From contig SSEB01000010.1 in assembly GCA_008012115.1 (NCBI GenBank), positions 47,407-111,406 of the forward strand: a stretch of 64,000 nucleotides of DNA, in the 5' to 3' direction. How positions within the stretch are numbered: the stretch's first letter is position 1; each line of letters opens with the position of its first letter. Below are positions 25,754 to 36,515 of the stretch, piece by piece. The position numbers were made by a program, and so were the translations under genes. Origin of the DNA: Nevskiaceae bacterium. Lineage in GTDB: Bacteria; Pseudomonadota; Gammaproteobacteria; Nevskiales; Nevskiaceae. The notes beneath the pieces are model-generated. The model was not told the origin of the DNA and did no database searches. It saw only the letters and a list, made by a program, of their open reading frames with translations.

Positions 25754-26431
25754 ATGCGAGCATTGGTCATCGAAGACGATCCGGCGCTGCGCGCCCAGAT
25801 CTCGAAAATCCTGAGCGACGAGGGTTTCGTCGTGGATGTCGCCGGCGACGGCGAGCAGGGCCTGTACATGGCCCAGGAATACCCGGTGGATCTGGCCATC
25901 GTCGACCTCGGCCTGCCCAAGACGCCGGGCATCGACATCATCCGCAAGGCGCGCAAGAGCGGCCGCAGCTTCCCGGTGCTGATTCTCACCGCCCGCGACG
26001 GCTGGCAGAGCAAGGTCGAGGGCCTGGAGGCCGGTGCCGACGACTACCTGGTCAAGCCTTTCCACAAGGAGGAGCTGCTGGCCCGCGCCCGTGCCCTGCT
26101 GCGCCGTTCCGGCGGCTGGGCGCAACCGCAGCTGGTTTCCGGCCCGATCAAGGTCGACATCAGCGGCAAGACCGTCACCGTCGGCGAACAGCCGGTGGAT
26201 CTGACCAGCTTCGAGTATCGCGTACTGGAGTACCTGCTGACCCATGCCGGCAAGGTGATCTCCAAGACCGAGCTGACCGAGCATCTCTATACCGAGGACG
26301 AGGAGCGCGACAGCAACGTCATCGAGGTCTTCATCAAGCGCCTGCGCTCCAAGCTGGATCCCGGGGCGACACTGAACCCGATCACCACCCTGCGCGGCCA
26401 GGGTTATCGCTGGGACCTGCCGCGCCAGTGA
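25754..26431 (+). CDS. OmpR/PhoB-family response regulator
   Basis: MRALVIEDD...DLAIVDLGLP (receiver Asp), ...LILTARD..., ADDYLVKPF, and winged-helix C-terminus ...LRGQGYRW. Confidence 0.9.
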   Translation: MRALVIEDDPALRAQISKILSDEGFVVDVAGDGEQGLYMAQEYPVDLAIVDLGLPKTPGIDIIRKARKSGRSFPVLILTARDGWQSKVEGLEAGADDYLVKPFHKEELLARARALLRRSGGWAQPQLVSGPIKVDISGKTVTVGEQPVDLTSFEYRVLEYLLTHAGKVISKTELTEHLYTEDEERDSNVIEVFIKRLRSKLDPGATLNPITTLRGQGYRWDLPRQ

Positions 26432-26492
26432 GCCCCGCCCTGGCGCGAACCGCTAGACTGCAGCGGTTCGCACCGCCGAGACCGACCGCCGA

Positions 26493-27815
26493 ATGACCTC
26501 GCTCCGCGCCCGCCAGTTGCTGGCCGCCTCGCTCGTGCTCACGGCGTTCATCGCGCTGTGCGGCGCCAGCCTCGAGCAGGCGTTCCGCAGTAGCGCACTG
26601 CAATCCGAGGAGGACAAGCTGCAAGGCCTCGCCTATGCCCTGCTCGGTGTGGCGGAGGCCAACGACAACGGCGACCTCGCCGTACCCGAAAGCCGCCTGC
26701 CCGACCCGCGTCTGGCCAACCCGCAGTCCGGCCTGCAAGCGGCCATCGTCGATGAACGGGGCGGCCTGATCTGGGGCTCTCCGAGCCTGGCCGACGAGTG
26801 GCCGCTGCCGCTGGCGCAGGAAGTCGGGACCTGGCGCTTCCAGGAGCAGGACGACTGGTTCTCCCTCAGCTTCGGCCTGCGCTGGCTGGACCGCAAGGAT
26901 GCACCGCGCCGCTACACCCTGCTGCTGCTGGAAGACAATGGCGCGTTCAAGGCGCAACTACGCACCTACCGCCGCACGCTGTGGGGCTGGCTGGGTGGCG
27001 CTGCGCTGACGTTGCTGGCGGTGCAGTTGCTGGTGCTGCGCTGGAGCCTCAAGCCCCTGCGCAAACTCGCCGACGAGCTGCGCGGCGTGGAAACTGCGCA
27101 GCAGACGCACATCGAAGCCTCCTACCCCAGCGAACTGGCGCCGCTGACCGGGGCACTGAACAGCATGATCCAGGCGGAACGCAACCAGCAGGCGCGCTAC
27201 CGCAACGCCCTGGGTGACCTCGCCCACAGCCTGAAGACGCCGCTGGCCGTGCTGGGCGGCATCACCGATGGGGATATCGCTGACGACGGGCTGCGCGCGC
27301 GCGTTCGCGAGCCGCTGGATCGCATCCAGCAAATCACTGACTACCAGCTGCGCAAAGCGGCGACCGTCGGTCGCCGGACCCTGTCTGGGCCTGTTCCCTT
27401 GCGGCCGCTCGTTGAAAAAATCACCGCCGCCTTGGCCAAGGTTTACGCCGACAAGGGCCTGCACTTCGAAATCCAGGTGGTGCCGGCGCTGCAGCTGCGC
27501 GCCGACGAAGGCGACCTCTACGAACTGCTTGGCAACCTGCTGGACAACGCCGGCAAGTGGGCACGTCAGCAGGTGCGGATCGAGGCGCTGACCCGGGGTC
27601 GCGAGATGACGATCCTGGTGGACGACGATGGCCCGGGGTTCCCCGCCGACGCCGAAAAACTGCTGGAGCGCGGCGTGCGCGCCGACACCAAGGTGCCTGG
27701 CCAGGGCATCGGACTCGCGGCGGTGCGCGACCTGATCGGCGCCTACGACGGCCACATCGAACTGCAACGCGCACCGCTGGGCGGCGCCCGCGTCGCGGTC
27801 ACACTCAGCGTCTAG
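26493..27815 (+). CDS. sensor histidine kinase (PhoQ/QseC-like topology)
   Basis: Two TM segments around a periplasmic domain. H-box [16 protein letters not shown]-box [14 protein letters not shown]-boxes DDGPGF and GQGIGLAAV. Confidence 0.9.
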   Translation: MTSLRARQLLAASLVLTAFIALCGASLEQAFRSSALQSEEDKLQGLAYALLGVAEANDNGDLAVPESRLPDPRLANPQSGLQAAIVDERGGLIWGSPSLADEWPLPLAQEVGTWRFQEQDDWFSLSFGLRWLDRKDAPRRYTLLLLEDNGAFKAQLRTYRRTLWGWLGGAALTLLAVQLLVLRWSLKPLRKLADELRGVETAQQTHIEASYPSELAPLTGALNSMIQAERNQQARYRNALGDLAHSLKTPLAVLGGITDGDIADDGLRARVREPLDRIQQITDYQLRKAATVGRRTLSGPVPLRPLVEKITAALAKVYADKGLHFEIQVVPALQLRADEGDLYELLGNLLDNAGKWARQQVRIEALTRGREMTILVDDDGPGFPADAEKLLERGVRADTKVPGQGIGLAAVRDLIGAYDGHIELQRAPLGGARVAVTLSV

Positions 27816-28369
27816 CCCTGCGACGGCAGGCGCAGGAAATGCTCGCGGTAATAGCGCAACTCCGCCACCGAGTCACGGATGTCGTCCAGCGCCAGGTGGG
27901 TGGAGTGCTTGCTGAAGCCGCGCGCCACCTCCGGTGACCAGCGACTGCAGAGCTCCTTCAGCGTGCTGACGTCGAGATTGCGGTAATGGAAGAATTTTTC
28001 CAGAGCCGGCATCCAGCGCGCCAGGAAACGCCGGTCCTGGCAGATCGAGTTGCCGCACATCGGCGACTTGCCTGGCGGCACCCACTGCTGCAGGAACTCC
28101 AGCATCAGCCGCTCGGCTTCGGCCTCGCCGATCACGCTGTCGCGCACGCGCTGGGTCAGGCCGGAGCGCCCGTGCTGGTTGGTGTTCCAGGCATCCATCG
28201 CCGCCAGATCCTCGGCGGACTGATGAACCGCGATCACCGGCCCCTCGGCCAGCACATTGAGGTGCTGGTCGGTGACCAGGACCGCCATCTCGATGATGCG
28301 ATGCACCTCCGGCACCAGGCCGGTCATTTCGAGGTCGATCCAGATGAGGTTGGAGGCGCTGGCGGTCAT
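27812..28369 (-). CDS. orn: oligoribonuclease
   Basis: [12 protein letters not shown] (DEDDh exo I), ...[15 protein letters not shown]..., [26 protein letters not shown]. Stop overlaps the kinase stop convergently. Confidence 0.9.
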   Translation of the reverse strand: MTASASNLIWIDLEMTGLVPEVHRIIEMAVLVTDQHLNVLAEGPVIAVHQSAEDLAAMDAWNTNQHGRSGLTQRVRDSVIGEAEAERLMLEFLQQWVPPGKSPMCGNSICQDRRFLARWMPALEKFFHYRNLDVSTLKELCSRWSPEVARGFSKHSTHLALDDIRDSVAELRYYREHFLRLPSQG

Positions 28370-28449
28370 GTCGTGATGCGTTCGGGGAATGCTGCTATCG
28401 TGCGGCAAACCCGCGCACCGCGCAAAGGCGCGCCGCACCGGAGCTTCAC

Positions 28450-28782
28450 ATGACCGAACTTTCCCAGCGCCGCTGCGTTCCCTGCGAAGGCGGCGTCAAA
28501 GCCCACGATCTGGCGACCGCCAATAAACTGAAGCAGGATCTGCGCGCCGAGTGGCAACTCGTCAACGACGGCAAGGCCCTGCGCGCGACCTTTGGCTTCA
28601 AGAACTACTATCACACCACTGCGTTCATCAACGCTGTCGCCTACATCGCCCACCGCGAGGACCACCACCCGGACATCGCCTTCGGCTACCGCGAGGCGAC
28701 GGTCACCTGGTGGACACACGCCATCGGCGGCCTGTCGGACAACGACTTCATCTGCGCCGCCAAGGTCGACGCCCTGCTCTAG
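28450..28782 (+). CDS. phhB: 4a-hydroxytetrahydrobiopterin (pterin-4-alpha-carbinolamine) dehydratase
   Basis: 110 aa. CVPCEGG..., [27 protein letters not shown]...V.WWTH. Confidence 0.9.
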   Translation: MTELSQRRCVPCEGGVKAHDLATANKLKQDLRAEWQLVNDGKALRATFGFKNYYHTTAFINAVAYIAHREDHHPDIAFGYREATVTWWTHAIGGLSDNDFICAAKVDALL

Positions 28783-29801
28783 GCACGACCCGCTGCAGCA
28801 CGTCGCCGCACCGCCGACGGCGGCGCCTCGAACCAGCGGCGGCAGGCGCGCGTCAGCACGGCCTGTTCCGAATAACCCAGGAGCCCGGCCAGTTGGCTGA
28901 GCGGCATGCGCGTCTGGCGAAGGTAGCGCGCGGCCATCTCCTTCTGGATGGCGTCCCGCAGTTGTTCGAAGCTGGTGTTCTCGGCGCTCAGGTGGCGCTG
29001 CAAGGTCCTGGGGTGCATGCCGAGCAAACCGGCGATATCGGATTTTCCACTCTGCCCGGTGCCTAACGTCTGCTGCAGCGCATGCCGTACACGCACCGCC
29101 ACGGTCTGCTCGGGATTGCCGAAAGTCAGCGCCAGATAGTCCACGGCAATTTTTCTCAGGGCATGATTGCCGCCCTGCAGGTTGCGCTCGAAGATCGACC
29201 GCGCGATGTGAAGGCCGGCGTGCGGCTGCTCGACATGGATCGGCGCCCCGAAAAAGCGCCGGTACGTGCTCAAGGGTGCCGCCGGCTTGTGCGGCAGCGC
29301 CACAGCGAGCAAGCCATGACGCGTTCCCGCCAGCAACTGCACCATGTGATAGAGGTCACCCAGACACACATCGAGCGTCTGCCGGCGTGCAATGTGGCTG
29401 GCGACATGCAGTTCAAAGCGCATCTCGATCGCGCCGCGCTCCAGGCTGCTGCGCGGGTGGATCGTCAACGACATGCCGGGGCTGTGAACGAACAGATAGC
29501 GTGACGCCGTCTCGAGCGCGGCGGCGACGGTCGGCGCGTTCTGCATGGCAATGGCGACCGGCCCGAGTACCGAAATGTCCTGGATGTCGGCTAGGCGCAG
29601 CCCGAAATCCGGGCACTGGGTGACGCCAGCGCTGGCCTCCAGCAGGTGCACGACCGAACTCAGACGCAGCAACGCCTCATCGTCATTCAGCGCTTCCGGC
29701 GCAATCCGGTAGCGGCGCAGCATGTGATGGGCGTCGGCGCCGAGACGCTGCATCAGCGTCACGTATCCCCTCAGACCACTGGCTCGGACCATGGCAGGCA
29801 T
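28779..29801 (-). CDS. AraC family transcriptional regulator
   Basis: C-terminal double HTH: IAGLLGMHPRTLQRHLSAENTSFEQLRDAIQKEMAARYL...LSQLAGLLGYSEQAVLTRACRRWF. Divergent from the monooxygenase. Confidence 0.85.
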   Translation of the reverse strand: MPAMVRASGLRGYVTLMQRLGADAHHMLRRYRIAPEALNDDEALLRLSSVVHLLEASAGVTQCPDFGLRLADIQDISVLGPVAIAMQNAPTVAAALETASRYLFVHSPGMSLTIHPRSSLERGAIEMRFELHVASHIARRQTLDVCLGDLYHMVQLLAGTRHGLLAVALPHKPAAPLSTYRRFFGAPIHVEQPHAGLHIARSIFERNLQGGNHALRKIAVDYLALTFGNPEQTVAVRVRHALQQTLGTGQSGKSDIAGLLGMHPRTLQRHLSAENTSFEQLRDAIQKEMAARYLRQTRMPLSQLAGLLGYSEQAVLTRACRRWFEAPPSAVRRRAAAGRA

Positions 29802-29922
29802 GTCCTATAAAATCAAATATTAGTCTCGATAAGTCAATTCGGCGCTTCCTCCACCATGCAAAGTAGGATGGCAATCAACACCTGCCCTCGGGCACATAGA
29901 GTCCGGATCAGAGGAGACTGAA

Positions 29923-31413
29923 GTGGACCAGATTTTCGACGTTTTGATCATCGGCGCGGGCATTTCCGGCATTGGCACTGCCTGTCATCTCGCACGTGAA
30001 TGCCCTGACAAGAAGGTCGGCATCATCGAGCGCCGCGAGCGCATCGGCGGCACCTGGGATTTGTTCCGCTACCCCGGCATCCGCTCCGATACCGACATGA
30101 TCAGCTTCTGCTACAAATTCCGGCTCTGGGACCAACTCAAGGTAATGGCGGACGGGCCCGCACTGCGGCAGTACATCAACGACACCGCACGGGAATTTGG
30201 GGTCGACAAGAAGGTGCAGTTCGGCCTCAAGACCACGGCCATGGACTGGTCGAGCCAGGATCAGTGCTGGACCGTGTCCACGACGCAGGAATCCACTGGC
30301 GAAGTAAAGACCTTCAGGGCCAAGTTCCTGGTCTGCGCGACCGGTTACTACAACTACGACCAGGGCTATCTGCCAACCTTCCCCGGGCAGGACCTTTTCA
30401 AGGGACTGCGCATCCATCCGCAGCACTGGCCGGAAAATCTGGACTACAGCGGCAAGCGCGTGGTCGTTATCGGCAGCGGCGCCACCGCCGTCACCGTGGT
30501 CCCGGCGATGACCGACAAGGCGGCGCACGTCACCATGCTGCAGCGCTCACCAAGCTACATCTTCTCGCTGCCGAACCACGACAAGGTGACGGCCGTTCTG
30601 CAGAAAATCCTGCCGAAGGACTGGGCCTACCGGCTGGCCCGCAAGCGCAACATCCTCGTGCAGCGTGCCATTTACCTGGCCTCGCGTCGCTGGCCGGAGA
30701 AGGTCCGGGCATGGCTGCTGAACAGCGTGCGCAAGCAGCTGGGTCCGAACGCCGACATGAGTCATTTCACGCCGCGTTACATGCCCTGGGACGAGCGCCT
30801 GTGCGCTTCACCTGACGGCGACCTGTTTGCCGCCATCCGCGCCGGCAAGGCCAGCGTGGTGACGGATCACATCGAGACCTTCAACGAAACTGGCATCCGT
30901 CTGAAATCCGGCAAGCAGCTTGATGCCGACATCATCGTCACCGCCACGGGCCTGCAGATCCAGTTGCTCGGCGGCGCCGAGCTCCTGGTCGACCACCAGC
31001 CGCGCCCGATCAGCCGCAGCATGACCTACAAGGGCGTGCTGATCCAGGACGTGCCGAACCTCGCCTGGATCTTCGGCTACACCAATGCGCCGTGGACGCT
31101 GAAGGCGGACCTCTCCTCCGGCTACATCTGCCGCTTGCTGAAGGAAATGGACGCGCGCGGGATGCGCGTAGTCACACCGCGCGCGCCGGCAGGCGAGATG
31201 GAGACCGACAACATTCTCGGGTCGCTCGGCTCGGGTTATGTTCAGCGCGGACAGGCATTGCTGCCGCGCCAGGGTCGTGGCCTGCCATGGCGGGTGCTGC
31301 ATCACTACGGCAAGGACATCCAGATGATGGCTAACGAGCCGGTCGATGACGGCAGTCTCGAATTTGTGCCCGCGGCCTCACGCAACCCGGTTCCGTCCGC
31401 CCTCGCCGCCTGA
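29923..31413 (+). CDS. flavin-dependent Baeyer-Villiger-type monooxygenase
   Basis: GTG start after GAGGAG. DVLIIGAGISGIG (FAD GxGxxG), FRYPGIRSD, second dinucleotide fold VVVIGSGATAV. About 496 aa. Confidence 0.85.
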   Translation: MDQIFDVLIIGAGISGIGTACHLARECPDKKVGIIERRERIGGTWDLFRYPGIRSDTDMISFCYKFRLWDQLKVMADGPALRQYINDTAREFGVDKKVQFGLKTTAMDWSSQDQCWTVSTTQESTGEVKTFRAKFLVCATGYYNYDQGYLPTFPGQDLFKGLRIHPQHWPENLDYSGKRVVVIGSGATAVTVVPAMTDKAAHVTMLQRSPSYIFSLPNHDKVTAVLQKILPKDWAYRLARKRNILVQRAIYLASRRWPEKVRAWLLNSVRKQLGPNADMSHFTPRYMPWDERLCASPDGDLFAAIRAGKASVVTDHIETFNETGIRLKSGKQLDADIIVTATGLQIQLLGGAELLVDHQPRPISRSMTYKGVLIQDVPNLAWIFGYTNAPWTLKADLSSGYICRLLKEMDARGMRVVTPRAPAGEMETDNILGSLGSGYVQRGQALLPRQGRGLPWRVLHHYGKDIQMMANEPVDDGSLEFVPAASRNPVPSALAA

Positions 31414-31433
31414 GCAGCGCCCGTCCGCACCCT

Positions 31434-31465
31434 CCCCACCCGTTCCGTTGAGGGAACGGGTGGGG
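31434..31465 (+). terminator. perfect 13-bp hairpin whose stems resemble the 110-bp element clamps
   Basis: CCCCACCCGTTCC-GTTGAG-GGAACGGGTGGGG, then TTCGTCGTTG. Lies between the monooxygenase stop and the esterase start. Confidence 0.5.
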
Positions 31466-31495
31466 TTCGTCGTTGATAACAATCCTGGAGCTCCC

Positions 31496-32662
31496 ATGCC
31501 GCTCAAGAACCCCATTGATGCCGTGCTGCAGCGTGCCGCCGATGCCGGCCATGTCCCCGGTGTCGTTGCGATGGTCACCAATGGCCGCGACACGCTCTAC
31601 CAGGGCGCCTTCGGCAAGCGCGCGCTGGATCAAGGCCAGCCGATGACACTGGATACCGTGGGCTGGATCGCCTCGATGACCAAGGCCGTCACCGCCACCG
31701 CGGCGCTGCAACTGCTGGAGCGGGGAAAGCTGGACCTGGACAGTCCCGCGCAACAGTGGCTGCCGGCCCTGGGCCAAGTACAGGTGCTGGAAGGATTTGA
31801 CGCAACGGGGCGGCCGAGGACGCGCGCGCCGAAACAGGCCATCACCCTGCGCCACCTGCTTACACACACTTCGGGATTCGGCTACGAATTCCTCAGCCAC
31901 GACATTCAGAAGGTTCAACAGAGCGAAGGCATCCCCAGCGCCATCACCTGCGAGCGGGCCGCGCTGAACCTGCCGCTGCTGTTCGATCCCGGCGAGCGCT
32001 GGGAATACGGCATCGGACTGGACTGGGTCGGTCTGATCGTCGAGGCGGTGAGCGGAAAACGCCTCGGCGAATATTTCGCTGAAAACATCCTGAAGCCCAT
32101 CGGCATGCATGACACCAGCTTCGCCCTGTCACCCGGCATGCGCGCGAGAAAAGCCAAGCTGCATCAGCGCGTCGAGGCCGATCAACTCGTGCCTCTCGAC
32201 CTGGAGATGCCGTCGGCACCCCAGGTGGAGATGGGCGGTAGCGGCCTCTACAGCACCGTCGGCGACTATCTGAAGTTCACCCGCATGCTCCTCAACCGCG
32301 GCGCCGCCGATCATGGCCGCGTCCTGCGCGAGGAGACCGTCGACCTGCTGTCGCGCAACCAGATGGGCAACCTGGATGTGCGCCCGACGATCAGCGCCAA
32401 CCGCATGCTGTGCAACGACATGCCGCTGCCGCCCGACAACCCGCAGAAGTGGGGCCTGCTGAACATGATCAACACCAAGCCCATGATCACCGGCCGCTCG
32501 GCGGGCAGTCTGATGTGGGCGGGCCTCTCCAACGCCTATTACTGGATCGACCCGACCCGCCAGATCGCCGGCGTGTTCATGACGCAGGTGCTGCCCTTCG
32601 CGGACATCCGCGCCATGCCCCTGTTCTTCGAGTTCGAGTACGCCGTCTACCAGAACCTGTAA
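31496..32662 (+). CDS. serine hydrolase, class C beta-lactamase/esterase family
   Basis: SxxK motif IASMTKAVTATAALQLLERGKL, LLTHTSGF, ...GSLMWAGLSNAYYWIDP. Start taken at MPLKNPID (31496). Confidence 0.8.
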   Translation: MPLKNPIDAVLQRAADAGHVPGVVAMVTNGRDTLYQGAFGKRALDQGQPMTLDTVGWIASMTKAVTATAALQLLERGKLDLDSPAQQWLPALGQVQVLEGFDATGRPRTRAPKQAITLRHLLTHTSGFGYEFLSHDIQKVQQSEGIPSAITCERAALNLPLLFDPGERWEYGIGLDWVGLIVEAVSGKRLGEYFAENILKPIGMHDTSFALSPGMRARKAKLHQRVEADQLVPLDLEMPSAPQVEMGGSGLYSTVGDYLKFTRMLLNRGAADHGRVLREETVDLLSRNQMGNLDVRPTISANRMLCNDMPLPPDNPQKWGLLNMINTKPMITGRSAGSLMWAGLSNAYYWIDPTRQIAGVFMTQVLPFADIRAMPLFFEFEYAVYQNL

Positions 32663-32676
32663 CCGCAGGCCGCCGG

Positions 32677-33693
32677 CTAGAACCCCTCCAGCACCAGCTT
32701 GCCGATGCTGCGGCCGCTTTCGATGCGCGCGTGCGCCTGGCGCAGCGTCGCCGCATCGATGCGGCCCAGCACCTCGCCCAGGGTGCTGCGGATCTCACCC
32801 CCGTCGATCAAGTCGGCGACGCGGTTGAGGATCTTGTGCTGCTCGACCATGTCGGCCGTGCGGAAGCGCGAACGGGTGAACATCGACTCCCAGACGAAGC
32901 CGGCGCTTTTCGCCTTGAGCACGGTGAGATCGTGCGGCTGCACGCTATCGACCAGCGCGCAGATCAGACCCTGCGGCTGGATGGCCACCGCCATCGCGGC
33001 GAAGTGCTGATCGGTGTCGTTGCAGCAGAGAATCCAGTCCACGCCCTCGATACCGCGCTCCTGAAGCTGCGATGCCAGGTACCCGCGATGGTCGATCACC
33101 TCGTCCGCACCCATCGCGCGGCACCACTCCACCGACTCCGGACGCGAAGCTGTGGCGATGACGTTGAGCCGCGCGATACGCTTGGCGAACTGGATGGCGA
33201 TGGAGCCGACGCCGCCCGCGCCGCCGATGATGAGGATGCGGCGGCCACGATCCTGACCGTTGCGCGCGATGCGCAGCCGATCGAACAGGCTCTCCCACGC
33301 CGTGACTGCCGTCAGCGGCAGCGCCGCCGCCTGCGCCGCGCTGAGTTTGCGCGGCTTGTGTCCGACGATGCGTTCGTCGACCAGCTGGTACTCGCTGTTG
33401 CTGCCCGGCCGCGTGATGTCGCCGGCGTAGTAGACCGCGTCGCCGGGCTTGAACAGGGTCGCCTCGGGCCCGACGGCTTCGACCACGCCGCAGGCGTCCC
33501 AGCCGAGCACGCGCGGCTTCGGCTCGATGCGGTCTTTGGGCGCACGCTGCTTGCAGTCGATGGGATTGACCGAGACCGCGCGCACCGCCACCAGCAGATC
33601 ACGGCCCTGTGGCTGCGGCTTGGGCAGGTCGAGATCGATCAGGGACTCGGGGTTGTCGATGGGCAGGTATTTGAGCAAACCGACCGCTTTCAT
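32677..33693 (-). CDS. zinc-binding alcohol dehydrogenase / quinone oxidoreductase (MDR) family
   Basis: MKAVGL...DLLVAVRAVSVNPIDCK..., nucleotide fold ILIIGGAGGVGSIAIQFAK. Confidence 0.85.
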   Translation of the reverse strand: MKAVGLLKYLPIDNPESLIDLDLPKPQPQGRDLLVAVRAVSVNPIDCKQRAPKDRIEPKPRVLGWDACGVVEAVGPEATLFKPGDAVYYAGDITRPGSNSEYQLVDERIVGHKPRKLSAAQAAALPLTAVTAWESLFDRLRIARNGQDRGRRILIIGGAGGVGSIAIQFAKRIARLNVIATASRPESVEWCRAMGADEVIDHRGYLASQLQERGIEGVDWILCCNDTDQHFAAMAVAIQPQGLICALVDSVQPHDLTVLKAKSAGFVWESMFTRSRFRTADMVEQHKILNRVADLIDGGEIRSTLGEVLGRIDAATLRQAHARIESGRSIGKLVLEGF

Positions 33694-33720
33694 GAAACCT
33701 CCGTGTCCCGTCCTCGAGGA

Positions 33721-34320
33721 TTACAGCGGCTGCCTCCCGGTCAGGGCATGGGACAGCGTGCCGCCATCGACGTATTCCAGTTCGCCGCCCATCGGCACCC
33801 CGTGCGCAATGCGGCTGACGCGAACGCTGCGGGCGCGCGCCATCTCCGCCAGGTAGTACGCCGTCGCCTCGCCCTCCACCGTGGGATTGGTGGCGATGAT
33901 CAACTCCTGGACGATGCCGTCCGCCAGTTGTTGACCCAGCAAATCCAGCCCAAGTTCCTGCGGACCGATGCCATCGAGCGGCGACAGCCGCCCCATCAGC
34001 ACGAAATAACGGCCGCGATAGGCCGTTCCCGCCTCGATCGCCATGAGGTCCGCCGGTCCTTCGACCACGCAAAGCTGGCCGCTGGCATTGCGCGCTGGCG
34101 TGCAGTAGCGGCAGGCCTCATCCTCGCAGAACATGCGGCAGGTCTTGCAGCGGCCGATGCCGTCGAGCGCCTCGCTGATGGCGCGTCCCAGAAAGGCCGC
34201 CCCCTCGCGGTCGCGATCGAGCAGATGAAACGCCATGCGCTGCGCCGATTTCGGCCCGACGCCCGGCAGGCGCCGCAGGCTGTCGATCAGCCGCGTCAGT
34301 CGCGGCGGATACTGGCTCAT
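33721..34320 (-). CDS. recR: recombination protein RecR
   Basis: [24 protein letters not shown], Cys4 zinc finger [16 protein letters not shown], Toprim [14 protein letters not shown]. Confidence 0.95.
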   Translation of the reverse strand: MSQYPPRLTRLIDSLRRLPGVGPKSAQRMAFHLLDRDREGAAFLGRAISEALDGIGRCKTCRMFCEDEACRYCTPARNASGQLCVVEGPADLMAIEAGTAYRGRYFVLMGRLSPLDGIGPQELGLDLLGQQLADGIVQELIIATNPTVEGEATAYYLAEMARARSVRVSRIAHGVPMGGELEYVDGGTLSHALTGRQPL

Positions 34321-34326
34321 GCGACC

Positions 34327-34650
34327 TCAGAGCCCGAGGTTGAGCCCCGGCGGCAGCTGCATGCCGCCCGCCACCGCCGACATCTTCTGCGCGGCCGCGG
34401 CCTCGATCTTCTGCGAGGCGTCGTTGATCGCCGCGGCGATCAGGTCTTCGAGGAATTCCTTGTCTTCCTTCAGCGCGTCCGGATTGATCTCGACCTTGCG
34501 GGCCTGATGCTTGCCGGTGAGCGTGACCTTGACCAGGCCGGCACCGGACTCGCCGGTGATTTCCATGCGCGCGATCTCTTCCTGCGCGCGCTTCAGGTTT
34601 TCCTGCATCTTCTGGGCCTGCTGCATCATCTGGCCGAGGGCGCCTTTCAT
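34327..34650 (-). CDS. ybaB: YbaB/EbfC nucleoid-associated protein
   Basis: [67 protein letters not shown]. Sits between dnaX and recR. Confidence 0.9.
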   Translation of the reverse strand: MKGALGQMMQQAQKMQENLKRAQEEIARMEITGESGAGLVKVTLTGKHQARKVEINPDALKEDKEFLEDLIAAAINDASQKIEAAAAQKMSAVAGGMQLPPGLNLGL

Positions 34651-34669
34651 CTTTTCTCTCCGAAAAATC

Positions 34670-36295
34670 TCATGAATCCAGCGGCCGCACCGAGCCGGGC
34701 TTGACGCTGGCACCGAACAGGTCCTTGAACGCCCGCACCGCGGGGTCCGCTTCGATGGCGGCCTCTGCGGCACGCTGGCGGTCGCTGGCACGCTGCTGAT
34801 CGAGCTGTGCCGGCGAGGCGATGGCCTCGTCCGCCGCCAGATCCACGATCACGCGCACCGGCTCGCCGAGCTGCGCCGCCAGTCCGCGTTCCAGCGCCGC
34901 GCGACGCTCCTCGTTGAGCAGGTGACGCGCGCGCAGGTCGAGCGACAGGCGCACGGCATCGCCGTCGCGCGCAGTCCAGGCGCAATTGCGCGCCAGCTGC
35001 TTGGCCAGCCCCTCCAGCGGCATCGCCTCGACACGCTGATCCCAACTGGCATCCAGCGGCAGGGATTGCATCGGCGCAACGGCCGGTGCCACGGACACCC
35101 CGGCGGCAGCGGGCGCGGGCCTGGCCGCCACCGCGCTTGCACTGACCGGCCCGCTCGCCGGTGCCGGCCGCGTGCCCGCCGGCGGCGTGGCGCGCTGCGG
35201 CGTGCCGCCTCCCTCGTCCGGGCGGAACGCGAGCATGCGCAGCAGGGTCATCTCGAAACCCAGACGCGGATCGGGCGCATACGGCAGGTCGCGGCGGCCG
35301 AGCACGGCGATCTGGTAGTAGAGCTGCACGTCCTCGGCGGCGATCTGTTCGCGTAGCGCCAGCAGCGCCTCTTCGTCGTCCTCGTTCTGCGCCTTGGGCA
35401 GCAGTTGCAGCACCGAGAGCCGCTGCAGGATCGCCGCGAAATCATTGAGCAGCGCGGCGTAATCCGGCGCCTGCGCATCGAGACGCTGGATGCAGGCCAG
35501 CAGCGCATCGCCATCGTTCCTGGCCAGCGCCGCGAGAATCTCGAACAGCGTGGCACGGCCGGCGGTGCCGAGCATGTCCTCCACCGCCTCGCGCTGCAGC
35601 GCGCCGCCGCCGGCAAAGGCGATCGCCTGGTCGAGCAGCGACAGGCCGTCGCGCATGGAGCCGTCCGCCGCGCGCGCCAACGCGTTGAGCGCCCCGGGTT
35701 CGGCGGCGATGCCCTCGTTGCCGAGCACCAGCGCCAACTGCTCGCGGATGGTCGCCGCCGGCAGGCGCTTGAGGTTGAACTGCAGACAGCGCGACAGCAC
35801 CGTGACCAGCAGCTTCTGCGGATCGGTGGTGGCGAGAATGAACTTCACATGCGGCGGCGGCTCTTCCAGCGTCTTGAGCAGCGCGTTGAACGCGCCCTTG
35901 GACAGCATGTGCACTTCGTCGATCAGGTAGACCTTGTAGCGGCCGCCGGCCGGCGCGTACTGGGCGTTGTCGATCAGTTCGCGCACGTTATCGACGCCGG
36001 TATTGGACGCCGCGTCGATCTCCAGCATGTCCACCGAGCGGCCCTCGTCCACCTCGCGGCAGGCGGCGCAGACACCGCAGGGATGGGCGCTGACGCCCTG
36101 CTCGCAGTTGAGGCCCTTGGCGATGATGCGCGCCAGCGTGGTCTTGCCGACGCCACGCGTGCCGGTGAGCAGGATCGCCGGGTGCAGCTTGTCGTGATCC
36201 AGCGCGTGCATCAGCGCCTTGACCACGTGGCCCTGACCCATCACGTCTTCGAAACGTCGCGGGCGCCATTTGCGCGCGAGGGCGAGATAGCTCAT
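34670..36295 (-). CDS. dnaX: DNA polymerase III subunits gamma/tau
   Basis: [28 protein letters not shown]...[16 protein letters not shown]...[10 protein letters not shown]...[10 protein letters not shown]. Confidence 0.95.
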   Translation of the reverse strand: MSYLALARKWRPRRFEDVMGQGHVVKALMHALDHDKLHPAILLTGTRGVGKTTLARIIAKGLNCEQGVSAHPCGVCAACREVDEGRSVDMLEIDAASNTGVDNVRELIDNAQYAPAGGRYKVYLIDEVHMLSKGAFNALLKTLEEPPPHVKFILATTDPQKLLVTVLSRCLQFNLKRLPAATIREQLALVLGNEGIAAEPGALNALARAADGSMRDGLSLLDQAIAFAGGGALQREAVEDMLGTAGRATLFEILAALARNDGDALLACIQRLDAQAPDYAALLNDFAAILQRLSVLQLLPKAQNEDDEEALLALREQIAAEDVQLYYQIAVLGRRDLPYAPDPRLGFEMTLLRMLAFRPDEGGGTPQRATPPAGTRPAPASGPVSASAVAARPAPAAAGVSVAPAVAPMQSLPLDASWDQRVEAMPLEGLAKQLARNCAWTARDGDAVRLSLDLRARHLLNEERRAALERGLAAQLGEPVRVIVDLAADEAIASPAQLDQQRASDRQRAAEAAIEADPAVRAFKDLFGASVKPGSVRPLDS

Positions 36296-36375
36296 CGGGA
36301 AGACCGGCTGGAAGTGAGACGCGATTTTCCTTGATTGCGCCGCCGCTGACCAGCGGACGCGGCTGCTTTTTGCGT

Positions 36376-36485
36376 CACCCGCTCGGATGCGTTTCCCTAC
36401 GGAATTTGTTTTATTTTATTTATCATTTTTAAAAACGATAAATAAATATTAACTACAGGAGATCGCCCAACACCCAGAGCGGGTG
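36376..36485 (+). repeat. 110-bp GC-clamped AT-core dyad element, copy 4
   Basis: CACCCGCTC at 36376-36384 and GAGCGGGTG at 36477-36485. The near-perfect 30-bp palindrome TTATTTATCATTTTT|AAAAACGATAAATAA (36416-36445) is centred exactly on the element midpoint. Lies between ffs and dnaX. Confidence 0.85.
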
Positions 36486-36515
36486 GCGGTGTCCGGCGCA
36501 TTTCCGGACGCAGAA

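Noticed and set aside
27812-27815. 4-nt convergent overlap of the histidine kinase and orn stop codons
   Set aside because: Real, but a trivial consequence of tight gene packing. No regulatory inference can be supported.
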